DNA from: an uncultured Gemmatimonadota bacterium
GTDB lineage: Bacteria; JAAXHH01
NCBI GenBank assembly: GCA_951812955.1
Contig: OX638340.1
Coordinates: 2,080,001 to 2,144,000 of the forward strand
DNA: 64,000 nucleotides
Reading direction: 5' to 3'
Shown here: in pieces, positions 24,488 through 34,138 of the stretch
How positions within the stretch are numbered: the stretch's first letter is position 1
How the letters are laid out: each line of letters starts with the position of its first letter
The notes under the pieces: model-generated
What the model was told of the DNA's origin: nothing
Database searches by the model: none
What the model saw: the letters and a program-made list of their open reading frames with translations, nothing else
Made by a program: the position numbers and the translations under genes

Positions 24488-27220
24488 ATGATCTCGATCC
24501 CCCTCGAGTTCTCCCATGATACCACGCGGAACCCGAAGTGCTGGCCCGTGACCCGCGGCGTCCCCATACTCGAAGGCGCGCTCCTCGCTACGGATGGACT
24601 GCACGTCGTGCATCCCGGCGGCGTCCGGCTTCCCGCCCAGTTCCGGGTACTCGGCCGATGGCCGGACGGATCGGTGAAGTGGGTGCTCGTGGATTTCCAG
24701 GCGGATGCCGACCCATCGGGCAGGGTGGTATATACCCTGACCGATGAAGCGGCCGGGTGTACGGGCGACCTTCCAGCGCCGCCACCCACCAATACCGTGC
24801 GGATCACAGAAACAGACCAGGACCTCCACGTGGTTACGGGTGCGCTGAGTTTCAAGATAAGCCGCCACCAATACGGACTTTTCCATTCCGTGTCGTTCGC
24901 CCACGCCCCGGATGAAACGCCCAACCGGGCGAACCCGATCCCCGGCCAAGGTGGCGACGCCTGGGTACGGATCAGCGAAGGCGCCTCCGACGGGAGTCTG
25001 AAACGCCGGCTGTACGGTCCGGGCGGCCACTGCCGGGCATCCCTGGCCGGTGACTCCTACGAGGTGACGGTCGAGGAACATGGCCCAATGCGCGCCGTCA
25101 TCCGGATGGAGAGCGCCCTGGAAGCCGACATCCCCATGCACCATTACGCCGGGTACAGGCCGGTGCGTTGTATAACCCGGATTCACGCCTATGCAGGCCA
25201 CGCCTTGGTCCGGATTCTGCAGACCCACGTCTTTACCTGCAATCCACGGGAAGTGGAAATCGAAGACCTGGCCCTGAATGTTCCCGCCCCCTGCGCCGGA
25301 ACCGGTCTTGGCTACGCTTTCGGACTGTATGGGGTCGAGGCGGGAACGCTCGATTCGGATGAACTGCTGAAAATCGCCCAGAAGAAAGATGACTTGGTGC
25401 AGGTATCCCGCGGTCGACCAGGATGTGAAACCACGATCGCGGAGGGCGAAACCTGCGAAGGCTGGGCGACGCTCGGAGACGGGATATCTGGAGTAGGCGT
25501 CGCCTGCCGGAACATGGCGGAGGAGCATCCGCGGGCCATCGAAGCCACCGGTGACGGCCGTGTTACCCTGTACGCGCGCCACGACCCGGATGGCGCCCGC
25601 CTGTCCCTGGCACGTTACTCCGAAGAGGTCTCATGGCACGAAGGAGAAGGGGTATATGCCGACGGTACGGGCATAGCGAAGACCTCCGAGTTCTTCGTAC
25701 AATACTTCGAGGAAGATCGACGGGACAAGGGGGAGAATACGCAGCGGGACGAGGCGATTGAAATACTCCGATGCGCCCTGTCGCAACCCCACGTATCGGT
25801 TCCACCGGCGTGGATGGCCCGATGCGAGGCCGCGGGTGGATTCGCGGTCCCAAGTTTCCCGGAAGCTGGCGACCGGGTTGACCAAGGGAACCCGACAGAG
25901 GGTGACCAGTCAGGCCCTGAAGCGTGTAATCAAGCGGACTCTAAACCGGGCGGTAGAGTGGCCCTGAAAGTGGGCGACCAGGCGGATCCGAGAGCGGAGC
26001 GGAAACGGGGAGGAGCGGCCGATCCTGAGATCCTGCCAGCCGCGGACCGCATGCTGACGGGCTTTGCCGACTGGCTCGCACGAAACGTCCAGCTTGGACG
26101 CTGGTACGGGTACCTGGACTACGGGGACGTGCGCGCTACCTGGGATGAAGAGGAAGATGAGTGGATGGACCGGGGCCGCTGGGGCTGGTGCAACAGCGAG
26201 TGGGACCCCCGCCACGCGATCTGGATACAGTACCTGCGCACCGGCGACCCGCACTACTTCAGCCTGGGCGAAGCCATGACCCGCCACTCCATGGACGTAG
26301 ACACGTGCCACTGGCATCCCTTCAGGCCCTACATGGTTGGTGGCGGCTACCGCCATGGGGTTGGCCACTTCAGCGACGAGCCCTGCGCTTCCCATACCTT
26401 CATCGACAACTGGATGGACCACTACCATCTGACCGGAGATGGCAGGACCCTGGAAGTCCTTCGCGAAGCGGGCGGGTTCTTCCTGCGGTACAGGTGGACC
26501 GAGGAGCCATCCTTCAGTTTCAGCTTGCGGTCCATTGCTAATGTATTGCGCGGACTGCTTTACGTATATGACGCCACCGGCGAGGAACGCTTCCTGCGGC
26601 GGGCGGAGGAAGTGTATACCATTATCGCAAGAGGACAGAATAATGACGGGAGCTGGCACAAGCGCTTCCAGATCGCGACCCCAGACCGGCTTCCGCAACG
26701 GCTTCCCTACGGCATGGCGACGGAAGGCACTACGCTGGCGGTCGAAATGGGTACGGCCGCGCCCTTCACAGACGACGAGTACAGGGGACTTGGCGGCCCC
26801 TTCACCCGGTTGATCCGCGACCTTCCGTACGAGGAGCAGAAGGGGTACCAGACCCACTACCTGATGGTCGGACTGGAACTGATGCACCGGATAACCGGCC
26901 GCGCTGATGTCGCCGAGACCTATGTGCGGGGAGTGGACTGGTTCTGCGGCTTTCCCGAAACCTTCGCGACCGACCGGCCATTGAAGGAACATTACGGCGG
27001 CATCCTCTGCCGTCACCTGGGCTACGCCTATCGCCTGACGGGGGACAGCAGCTACCTGGAAACCGGCATGAAGATCCTGGAATTGCTTATCAATGCGCAG
27101 GACTGGAGCGACGATCCCCGGAAGCGCGGATCCGTGGGCATGAGTCCCATGCACCTTAGCTTGTTGTTCTTCGGGGTGCCGAGTTTTCTTACCGAACTAC
27201 GTGGAATAGACCATTGTTGA
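24488..27220 (+). CDS. Large (910 aa) hypothetical protein, no signal peptide detected; C-terminal half Trp/His-rich, possibly an alpha/alpha-toroid glycan-active domain
   Basis: Continuous ORF with even GC-type codon usage on the plus strand; the opposite-strand ORFs 24449..25582 and 25910..27154 are shadows. Motifs such as WYGYLDYGDVRATWDEEEDEWMDRGRWGWCNSEWDPRHAIW and HWHPFRPYMVGGGYRHGVGHF. No family assigned with confidence. Confidence 0.5.
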   Translation: MISIPLEFSHDTTRNPKCWPVTRGVPILEGALLATDGLHVVHPGGVRLPAQFRVLGRWPDGSVKWVLVDFQADADPSGRVVYTLTDEAAGCTGDLPAPPPTNTVRITETDQDLHVVTGALSFKISRHQYGLFHSVSFAHAPDETPNRANPIPGQGGDAWVRISEGASDGSLKRRLYGPGGHCRASLAGDSYEVTVEEHGPMRAVIRMESALEADIPMHHYAGYRPVRCITRIHAYAGHALVRILQTHVFTCNPREVEIEDLALNVPAPCAGTGLGYAFGLYGVEAGTLDSDELLKIAQKKDDLVQVSRGRPGCETTIAEGETCEGWATLGDGISGVGVACRNMAEEHPRAIEATGDGRVTLYARHDPDGARLSLARYSEEVSWHEGEGVYADGTGIAKTSEFFVQYFEEDRRDKGENTQRDEAIEILRCALSQPHVSVPPAWMARCEAAGGFAVPSFPEAGDRVDQGNPTEGDQSGPEACNQADSKPGGRVALKVGDQADPRAERKRGGAADPEILPAADRMLTGFADWLARNVQLGRWYGYLDYGDVRATWDEEEDEWMDRGRWGWCNSEWDPRHAIWIQYLRTGDPHYFSLGEAMTRHSMDVDTCHWHPFRPYMVGGGYRHGVGHFSDEPCASHTFIDNWMDHYHLTGDGRTLEVLREAGGFFLRYRWTEEPSFSFSLRSIANVLRGLLYVYDATGEERFLRRAEEVYTIIARGQNNDGSWHKRFQIATPDRLPQRLPYGMATEGTTLAVEMGTAAPFTDDEYRGLGGPFTRLIRDLPYEEQKGYQTHYLMVGLELMHRITGRADVAETYVRGVDWFCGFPETFATDRPLKEHYGGILCRHLGYAYRLTGDSSYLETGMKILELLINAQDWSDDPRKRGSVGMSPMHLSLLFFGVPSFLTELRGIDHC

Positions 27221-27293
27221 TTCCCGGCCTATTGGTTACCTTGAAAACAACTCCCCTTCGTTCGTCGGTAAAGCGAATCGACGATTCCACATC

Positions 27294-29768
27294 TTGATTC
27301 GTCCACGGAGGCGCCACGTGTACGTCCATCTGCTCCTGACGATCGCCGCACTATCGCTGAGCCTCCCCGGCCATTCCCAAGCCCAGGTCGTCCTTCCGGA
27401 ATCGGGCGCAGCCGTTGAGAACCTCTCCGCCCTCGACACGGGCAAATCACTCTATCAACAGGCACGCTTCGACGCAGCCCTTGAACGCCTTCGGCAGGCG
27501 GTGCGCGAGGACGGGAGATCTGCTCACGCCCGTTATTGGCTCGGTATGGCCTGGTTTGCCCTTGGAAACATTGACGAAGCATTGAAAGCGTTCAGACGGG
27601 CCGTCCAATTGGACAAGAATTGGGCGCCTGGCCACGTCGGTATGGGTATGGTTTACATGAGCCTGGCCAACAGGCGCCTGGATGCTCGTAGAGCCTTTCG
27701 AAAGGCCGTCGAGGCGGATCCTGAAAACACGGACGTTCAGTACAACCTGGGCATGACCTACATGGACCAGGAACGCACAGGCCAGTTGATTGGCAGTGAC
27801 CGTGACGGCAGGAAGTATTTCCTGCAAGCCGTAGCACTGGATCCTTCCCACCCGGACGCTTACTTCCAACTAGGCCGATGTTATGACAGTCCTGAGGTAC
27901 CGGAGAGTGACAAGGCGATCTCTGCTTACATCAGACAATACCGTGTCAATCCCAATCACAGCGAGGCGTTGCTGCGCTTTGCCAACGCAAGCCATCGCTC
28001 CGAACGATACGATCTGGGCGCCGAGGAACTCAGAGCACTCGTCCGGGACTTGGGAGATGACACGCCGGACAGGATCCACGCCATGCTTTCCCAGTTCGAG
28101 GTGCTGGCACTCGGATCAGACCAGCAGTACGATCGACTTCAGAAGGCGCTGGAGTCCTACATCTCACAGTTGGACGCCGATGAACAGGAAGTGTACAGGG
28201 ATTTGACTCATGTCGCCCCGCCGGACGAACTGAAAGCCTGGGAAGCCGCATCCGGACCGGAACGCGACGCGTTCTGGCAGGCCTTCTGGAACGAGCGGGA
28301 CGCCAACCCGGCCACGATCGAAAACGAACGGTTGGTGGAGCACTACAGACGTGTAATGCACGCCCGGATCCATTTTTCGGAGAAGCGATACCCCTACGAC
28401 CGCCGTGGTGAGATTTACGTGAGATACGGTCCGCCGGATGACCGGCGTCGTTTCGTGGTCAGGGCGAACGAGGACCCGTATAAGTCATTCCAGTCTTCCG
28501 ATGACCCGGCGGTGGACGCAATCCGGGAACAGAACCTTCAATTCGGCTACCAGTTGCAGGTCAATCGTGGCGAAGTGTCGAAAATCCTGGATAGCGATAA
28601 GGCAAAACGACTTGGATTCGGGACGGAGACAATGGCTGATGAGCTATCTGCTAAGTCGTTGGATCAGATTTTAGCAGAAATGGCAGTAAAACAGAGAAGA
28701 GAGATGGGATCCTTGTTTATTGCAGAGAGCTGGGTGTACGTACCACATAGACTGGAACTGTTCTTCGTCGACCAGATGGGTGGCGGCCGATACGACTATC
28801 CCTTGGAAACCCTGACCATTGATGAAAGCAGCGGTTTGACAACACTTCCCGGTATGGCGAGTAGCCAGGATATGAACCACCCCCGTCGCCTAGCTTCTGC
28901 ACTTATCGCAAGCAGTCCCACAGACTACCGACACGACTTTGGCGGAGATCCTCTCGAATACGCTTTCGACGCCGTCTCCTTCCGCGGGGACGGCGGCGTT
29001 ACGGAGGTGGATCTCTCCTACAGTATTCCCGTCTGGCAGTTCGGCGACATCACCGACGACAAGGGCGACCGGACCTGGCTGGACAACCAGGTTACCCTTC
29101 GTGACTCGATCCACACGCCTGCCTTCTCCCGCAAGTTCCGGTTTGGACCCGTTGCCCGGCCCGAACGGCAACTGGGGAGCCAGGTGTTTCAGGGAGCCGC
29201 GTTCACGCTGGCAGCGAATCTGGTTATGCCTGCCGGTACTTTCGCGGTTGCTGTGGAAATGCGGGACGAAGCCACGCAGCGAATTGGCGTTTACAAAAAA
29301 CCGGTATCCATCTCAGACTACCGCGGCAGCGGCCTGCTCATCAGCGATCTCAAGCTATCGACGGGAATCACGCCTGCAACGACGGCGGGGCCCTTCGTGC
29401 GCAAGGGACTGAATGTCGTGCCCAATCCCGGACGGCTTTACGCTCGGGGGCAGTTAGTTTACGTGTATTACGAGGTGTACAACCTGGATATGGACGAGGG
29501 CGGCCGCACTTCCTACGAGACGCTCTACGAAATCACGCCGCTGGGCATGCCCGCACTGAGGAATCGCCGGGCCAGAAGGCCGGACGACATCCAGACGGTG
29601 ATGTCGTTCTTCGAGGGCGAGGGGAGTTCATCGGAAGAGGCTGAATACACAGCCCTGGACACCACGGATCTCGAGGCCGGGGAGTATGTATTGACGGTGA
29701 CGCTGACGGACCGCGGCGCGGACAGGTCCGTCACCAGGTCGGTCAACTTTATGGTGGTAGTGCAGTAG
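27294..29768 (+). CDS. Secreted TPR + GWxTD-domain protein (824 aa)
   Basis: Signal peptide (VYVHLLLTIAALSLSLPGHSQAQ). N-terminal TPR repeats (ARYWLGMAWFALGNIDEAL.., NLGMTYMDQE..). Central region ..ERDAFWQAFWNERDANPATIENERLVEHYRRVMHARIHFSEKRYPYDRRGEIYVRYGPPDD.. matches the GWxTD domain pattern (aromatic-x-T/R-D followed by IY..YGPP). Confidence 0.65.
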   Translation: MIRPRRRHVYVHLLLTIAALSLSLPGHSQAQVVLPESGAAVENLSALDTGKSLYQQARFDAALERLRQAVREDGRSAHARYWLGMAWFALGNIDEALKAFRRAVQLDKNWAPGHVGMGMVYMSLANRRLDARRAFRKAVEADPENTDVQYNLGMTYMDQERTGQLIGSDRDGRKYFLQAVALDPSHPDAYFQLGRCYDSPEVPESDKAISAYIRQYRVNPNHSEALLRFANASHRSERYDLGAEELRALVRDLGDDTPDRIHAMLSQFEVLALGSDQQYDRLQKALESYISQLDADEQEVYRDLTHVAPPDELKAWEAASGPERDAFWQAFWNERDANPATIENERLVEHYRRVMHARIHFSEKRYPYDRRGEIYVRYGPPDDRRRFVVRANEDPYKSFQSSDDPAVDAIREQNLQFGYQLQVNRGEVSKILDSDKAKRLGFGTETMADELSAKSLDQILAEMAVKQRREMGSLFIAESWVYVPHRLELFFVDQMGGGRYDYPLETLTIDESSGLTTLPGMASSQDMNHPRRLASALIASSPTDYRHDFGGDPLEYAFDAVSFRGDGGVTEVDLSYSIPVWQFGDITDDKGDRTWLDNQVTLRDSIHTPAFSRKFRFGPVARPERQLGSQVFQGAAFTLAANLVMPAGTFAVAVEMRDEATQRIGVYKKPVSISDYRGSGLLISDLKLSTGITPATTAGPFVRKGLNVVPNPGRLYARGQLVYVYYEVYNLDMDEGGRTSYETLYEITPLGMPALRNRRARRPDDIQTVMSFFEGEGSSSEEAEYTALDTTDLEAGEYVLTVTLTDRGADRSVTRSVNFMVVVQ

Positions 29769-29925
29769 AGAAGTGAGTTTTCCGATATGCTGCGGGAAGC
29801 GTACCTTTACAATGAATCGCACTGGATTAGCGGGAAGCGACCCCATCAGCGAATCGTGAAGGATCAGCGAATCGCCTGAATAAAGTAAGGCGCGTCAGAA
29901 TATGGGCAACGGCCCGCCGTTCCCG

Positions 29926-32613
29926 CTAGTCCTGCATTTCGACGGACTTCCCGTCACCCGCTGCCAACTCAAGCGTCGAATCGAACACCGCCTCGCCCGA
30001 ATCTCCCAGTCGCAGCCGCGATAGCGCAAGCGCGCCGTGCAGGACGCTCAACTCGGCCTGCAGTCCTTCCCCGACACGCGACACAACGCACACGCCCCAC
30101 GCGAATCCGGTCGACCAGAAGTATCTGCCCGACCGGGCGGTCAAGGTCATGGTCTTCGTGACCGCCGAGTAGTTAAAACCGGTCAACGCAAGGTGGGCGG
30201 CCCAGGCGGCCATGGCCCGGGCGTAGTGATGGCCGCACTCGGCCTCGTCGAAGGGGTTCCTCCTCCGTCCGTCGTACCGATCGCGGATGTCCTGGATGCA
30301 CGAAATGCCCTCGTCCGCCATGCCCTCGTAGATCATGCCGATGGCGGCGGTGTATTCAAAACCGGTCATGACTTCGGTGAAGTACGAGAAGGGATTTTCG
30401 GGCCGGTCCTTCGGGTAGGACGCCATGAGCAGGGCCGATTCGTCGCCGAGGACGTAGGAGCGCATAACGTTCGTGTGCGCGTGGAAGTCCTCGAGCCGGT
30501 TGTACTTCAGGATGCTCTGCAGCGAACTACGGACTTTGCCGGAATCCGCGAGGTATCCCAGGCCACAGACATGGGCCATGTACTGGCCGACGAGCTGGTC
30601 CACCAGGCAGCCGGAACCGAGTTGGTAATCCGGATTTCCCAGATCCTTCGGCCCCATCCCCACCGTCAGGCCTTCCGCTACATCCTCCGCCCGCTCGGGC
30701 GCACGGATCTCGTGTTCGTAGTACTCCCCGTTGAAGAGGTTCGCGTCGGTCCAGGTGCGGCCGCGCTCGTATAGGTCCCGGCATTCCCGCGCGAAGTCGC
30801 CGTCCTCCAGATAGCGGGCCATTTCCTCCGCGGCCCGGAGGGCGCCCAGGTACCAGAACTCCATCTGGGGATTCGGACCGAAGTATTCGACGTCCATGGT
30901 ATTGTGCTGGCAGCCTTCCATCACGCCGTCGCAGTCGGCGTCCCACCCGCCGGGTATCCAGCAGAACGCCAGCGCCTTCTTGACCCCCGGCCATAGCGCT
31001 CGAAGCTGCTCGTCGTCACCCGACAGCTGCCAGTCCCGGTACATCTTCATTACGCAACCCATCTGGCCGTCGGCCGCCGCGCGATTGAAGTTGCGGGCCC
31101 GGGCCAGCGGCAGCCAGACGCGGAAGCTCATCAGGCCGTTCTCGTCGGTGGCGTGGGCAAATTCCACCTCGCGCATGGTCTGCGTCAGGTCGCCGAAGAG
31201 GAAGGCCGTGGACTGCTCGTAGTTCCATACGTGGGTGCAGGAACCCAGGCAGCACCCCGCCTCGTCGTGGCATCCCTCCCAGCCGTAGAAGCGGCCATCG
31301 GGCGTGCGGAAGCAGGTCTGGCTCCGCAGCGTGCTCAGGTTGAACAATGCCGCCTCCTTGACCACCTCCGGCAGGTCCGATCCGCAGAACGCCTCGACGA
31401 ACCGGAGCGTATTCACTTCCAGGCTTTCCAGATCGGGCACGACTTGCTCCACCACGTCCCAGGCGTCCTCGAACCGCGTCGTATAGTAGTTCCCGATCCG
31501 GTCTCCCGTGTCACAGCAGTCGTCGCCGCCCGCGCAGCAGTCACTGTTGTCGTCGCAACAGTCGTCGCTGCTGTCGTCCCCGTCCTCGCAACAGCCCTCA
31601 TCGCTCTCGCAATCGTCCGGACCGCCGTCACAACAGGCGTTTTCTTCGGTGGTCTCCGTATCACCGCCGACTGGCAGGTCTTCCTTCGTCGCCGGTGTCC
31701 ACGTGTACCGGTTGGGGAAATGCCAGGCCAGAACGAAGGTCACGCTTGCCGTTTTTTCCGGCGGCAGGTCGACCCGGGTCGCCAGGGAGGCGATGGGGCG
31801 GTTGTTGTTGCCGGCGTCCCGGTCCGAGAGCATGCCGTCCGCGCTGAAATCGTCCCAGAAGTCGAGTAGCGGGGTACCCCAGCGGTCGTCGCGCCAGGCA
31901 GTCCGGTAGCTGACCGTCTCCGCCGTGGTCGCCAGCGCCATCGTGCCCCACTGCGCGGCCTGACGGTCCACGCCCTTCGATGACATGAAGAGTCCGCGGT
32001 ACCCATCGCCGGCGCGGTAGCGATTGGTGTTCTCGGCACAGCTTCCATCCGTGCCGTCCATGCCGATGAAATTGGGTATCGAGCCGCATACGGCGGCCGA
32101 GACAGGGACATCGGTCCGGTTGGTCAGCACGTACCGGAACACAGCCACGGGCAGACCGCTGCGGTCGGCGTCGCATGGCACGAGGGGATTGAAGGCCTCC
32201 AGCCGTACTTCGACTGGCACCTCGTCGTCGGAAAGGTGGACCTGGCCGAAGGGGTAGGCCGCGTCTAATGCGCATCGGGCAAACCGCGGCAAGCCGTGGT
32301 TGGCGGCGGGACTTCCGCTGGCGCCTTCGTACTCGAAGTATTCGAGGGGTCCCTCGAGCAGACGCGTTACGGCATCGCCGCCCTCAGGCCGGGCGTACAA
32401 CGTGAAGGACGGGGGGCTCCGGGTGTCCCGGCCCGGTATGAATCCCTTGGCCGGCCGGTTCATCAATTCCCAATCTCGAAGGTCGCCCCGTCCGCCCAGT
32501 GAAACCGTACCCGTGCCGATCCCCCCGAGCGGCAAGGCGATTCGCGAGAGATGATCCTGGTCGTAATGATGTAGAACGGGCCACGTCATGGGTATTCGTC
32601 CCTTCTGAATCAC
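29926..32613 (-). CDS. Glycoside hydrolase family 116-like protein (GBA2-type beta-glucosidase/glucosylceramidase fold) with a Cys/Asp-rich insertion
   Basis: N-terminal ..LPLGGIGTGTVSLGGRGDLRDWELMN.. is typical of the GBA2/GH116 N-terminal beta-sandwich. The C-terminal (alpha/alpha)6-type region includes ..GWEGCHDEAGCCLGSCTHVWNYEQSTAF... 895 aa; the overlapping plus-strand ORFs are shadows. Confidence 0.65.
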   Translation of the reverse strand: MIQKGRIPMTWPVLHHYDQDHLSRIALPLGGIGTGTVSLGGRGDLRDWELMNRPAKGFIPGRDTRSPPSFTLYARPEGGDAVTRLLEGPLEYFEYEGASGSPAANHGLPRFARCALDAAYPFGQVHLSDDEVPVEVRLEAFNPLVPCDADRSGLPVAVFRYVLTNRTDVPVSAAVCGSIPNFIGMDGTDGSCAENTNRYRAGDGYRGLFMSSKGVDRQAAQWGTMALATTAETVSYRTAWRDDRWGTPLLDFWDDFSADGMLSDRDAGNNNRPIASLATRVDLPPEKTASVTFVLAWHFPNRYTWTPATKEDLPVGGDTETTEENACCDGGPDDCESDEGCCEDGDDSSDDCCDDNSDCCAGGDDCCDTGDRIGNYYTTRFEDAWDVVEQVVPDLESLEVNTLRFVEAFCGSDLPEVVKEAALFNLSTLRSQTCFRTPDGRFYGWEGCHDEAGCCLGSCTHVWNYEQSTAFLFGDLTQTMREVEFAHATDENGLMSFRVWLPLARARNFNRAAADGQMGCVMKMYRDWQLSGDDEQLRALWPGVKKALAFCWIPGGWDADCDGVMEGCQHNTMDVEYFGPNPQMEFWYLGALRAAEEMARYLEDGDFARECRDLYERGRTWTDANLFNGEYYEHEIRAPERAEDVAEGLTVGMGPKDLGNPDYQLGSGCLVDQLVGQYMAHVCGLGYLADSGKVRSSLQSILKYNRLEDFHAHTNVMRSYVLGDESALLMASYPKDRPENPFSYFTEVMTGFEYTAAIGMIYEGMADEGISCIQDIRDRYDGRRRNPFDEAECGHHYARAMAAWAAHLALTGFNYSAVTKTMTLTARSGRYFWSTGFAWGVCVVSRVGEGLQAELSVLHGALALSRLRLGDSGEAVFDSTLELAAGDGKSVEMQD

Positions 32614-32692
32614 AGTTGAAATCGAATAGCGGTTCGAGTTCGCACAGGCTGATTGTTCGAAGTTTCGTGCGGGATCCGGTCTCGCTCCGGAT

Positions 32693-34087
32693 CTACCTGC
32701 CCGCGGAAACCCGGCTCGACGAATCCCGCACCGGCTGATGGCGTCGCCGGTAATCCCGGAGCGCCGCCATCACCTTCGGAGAGAGCACCAGGGCCGAGAT
32801 CATGGTGGGAATGGCCATCAGGGCGAACGTGCCGTCTATCAGGCTGATTGCGGCATCCAGCGAAGAGACCGACGCGAGGATGACGCATCCCACGTAGAAA
32901 TAGTTGTACAGAAACTGGTACCTGGCTCCGATCAGGAATCCAAGGCACTTGGTACCATAATAGGAATAGGTGAAAATCGTACTCGCGCTGAAGAAGACCA
33001 CGCAGATGATCAGCATGTACGAACCGAAGCCCGGCATGGCGGATTCAAAGGCGTTTGACGTCAGCGTCACACCGTTGTCCGTTGTCGTCTGCCATACCCC
33101 GGTTATCATGATCACGAGCGCCGTGCAGGTACACACGATCATCGTGTCGATGACGGGCTCCAGCATGGCCACCATACCCTCCCGCGACGGTTCCTTGGTC
33201 TTCGTCGCGCCATGTACGAGGGACTCGGTTCCGATCCCCGCCTCGTTCGAGAATGCGGCCCGGCGCACGCCGGTGATGATGACCGCGCCCACGGCGCCGC
33301 CCGCCGCGGCTTCTCCAGTGAAGGCGTCGGTGATGATCAGCATCATGTACTGTGGAACGTCGCCTATGTTGAGCACGATGATCCAGAGGGCGCAGAACAT
33401 GTACAGGATCACCATGGCGGGAACGACGCGCGAGGCGACGTCGGCGATCCGGGTGATGCCGCCGAAGATGATGGTTCCCAGGATCAGTACCAGCACGATG
33501 CCGGCGGTGAGATCGAACCAGAAGTGATCTTCGCCCACCACGCCCATGGGTACGAAGATCACGTCGCGGATGATCTGCACCAGCTGGTTGACCTGGAACA
33601 GCGGCAGGCATCCTATTACGCCGACGACGGCGAAGAAGACGGCCAGCGGCTTCCAATGCCGGCCCAGTCCTTCCCGGACGACGTACATGGGTCCGCCCTG
33701 CGTTTTCCCGGCGCTGTCCTGCCCCCGGTACATGATCGCCAGGGAACAGGTAAAGAACTTGGTCGCGATACCGACGAGGGCGCTGACCCACATCCAGAAC
33801 ATGGCACCGGGCCCACCGACCGCGATGGCGACGGCCACACCGGAGATGTTGCCCATGCCGATGGTGGCCGCCAGCGCGCTGACCATCGCCTGAAAATGGG
33901 TAATGTCGCCGGTTTCGTTCGGGTCGTCGTATTTCCCGCGGATGATCTCGATCGCATGCTTGAAGTATCGGAACGGCATGAAGCGGGAGTATAGGAGAAG
34001 GAACAGCCCGCCGCCGATGAGCAGGTACAACAGGTACGACCAGGCAGTATCTGCGAACAGGACGATACCCCGTTCCACAAAATCCAT
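32693..34087 (-). CDS. Alanine/glycine:cation symporter (AGCS family) amino-acid carrier
   Basis: 464 aa, about 11 TM. ..FQAMVSALAATIGMGNISGVAVAIAVGGPGAMFWMW.., and ..SNEAGIGTESLVHGAT.. are typical of AGCS (TC 2.A.25). Confidence 0.8.
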   Translation of the reverse strand: MDFVERGIVLFADTAWSYLLYLLIGGGLFLLLYSRFMPFRYFKHAIEIIRGKYDDPNETGDITHFQAMVSALAATIGMGNISGVAVAIAVGGPGAMFWMWVSALVGIATKFFTCSLAIMYRGQDSAGKTQGGPMYVVREGLGRHWKPLAVFFAVVGVIGCLPLFQVNQLVQIIRDVIFVPMGVVGEDHFWFDLTAGIVLVLILGTIIFGGITRIADVASRVVPAMVILYMFCALWIIVLNIGDVPQYMMLIITDAFTGEAAAGGAVGAVIITGVRRAAFSNEAGIGTESLVHGATKTKEPSREGMVAMLEPVIDTMIVCTCTALVIMITGVWQTTTDNGVTLTSNAFESAMPGFGSYMLIICVVFFSASTIFTYSYYGTKCLGFLIGARYQFLYNYFYVGCVILASVSSLDAAISLIDGTFALMAIPTMISALVLSPKVMAALRDYRRRHQPVRDSSSRVSAGR

Positions 34088-34138
34088 GAATCGCCTCCTC
34101 TGTGGCGCGCTGCAATGATTAAAGGCTGTCTGTCGAAC

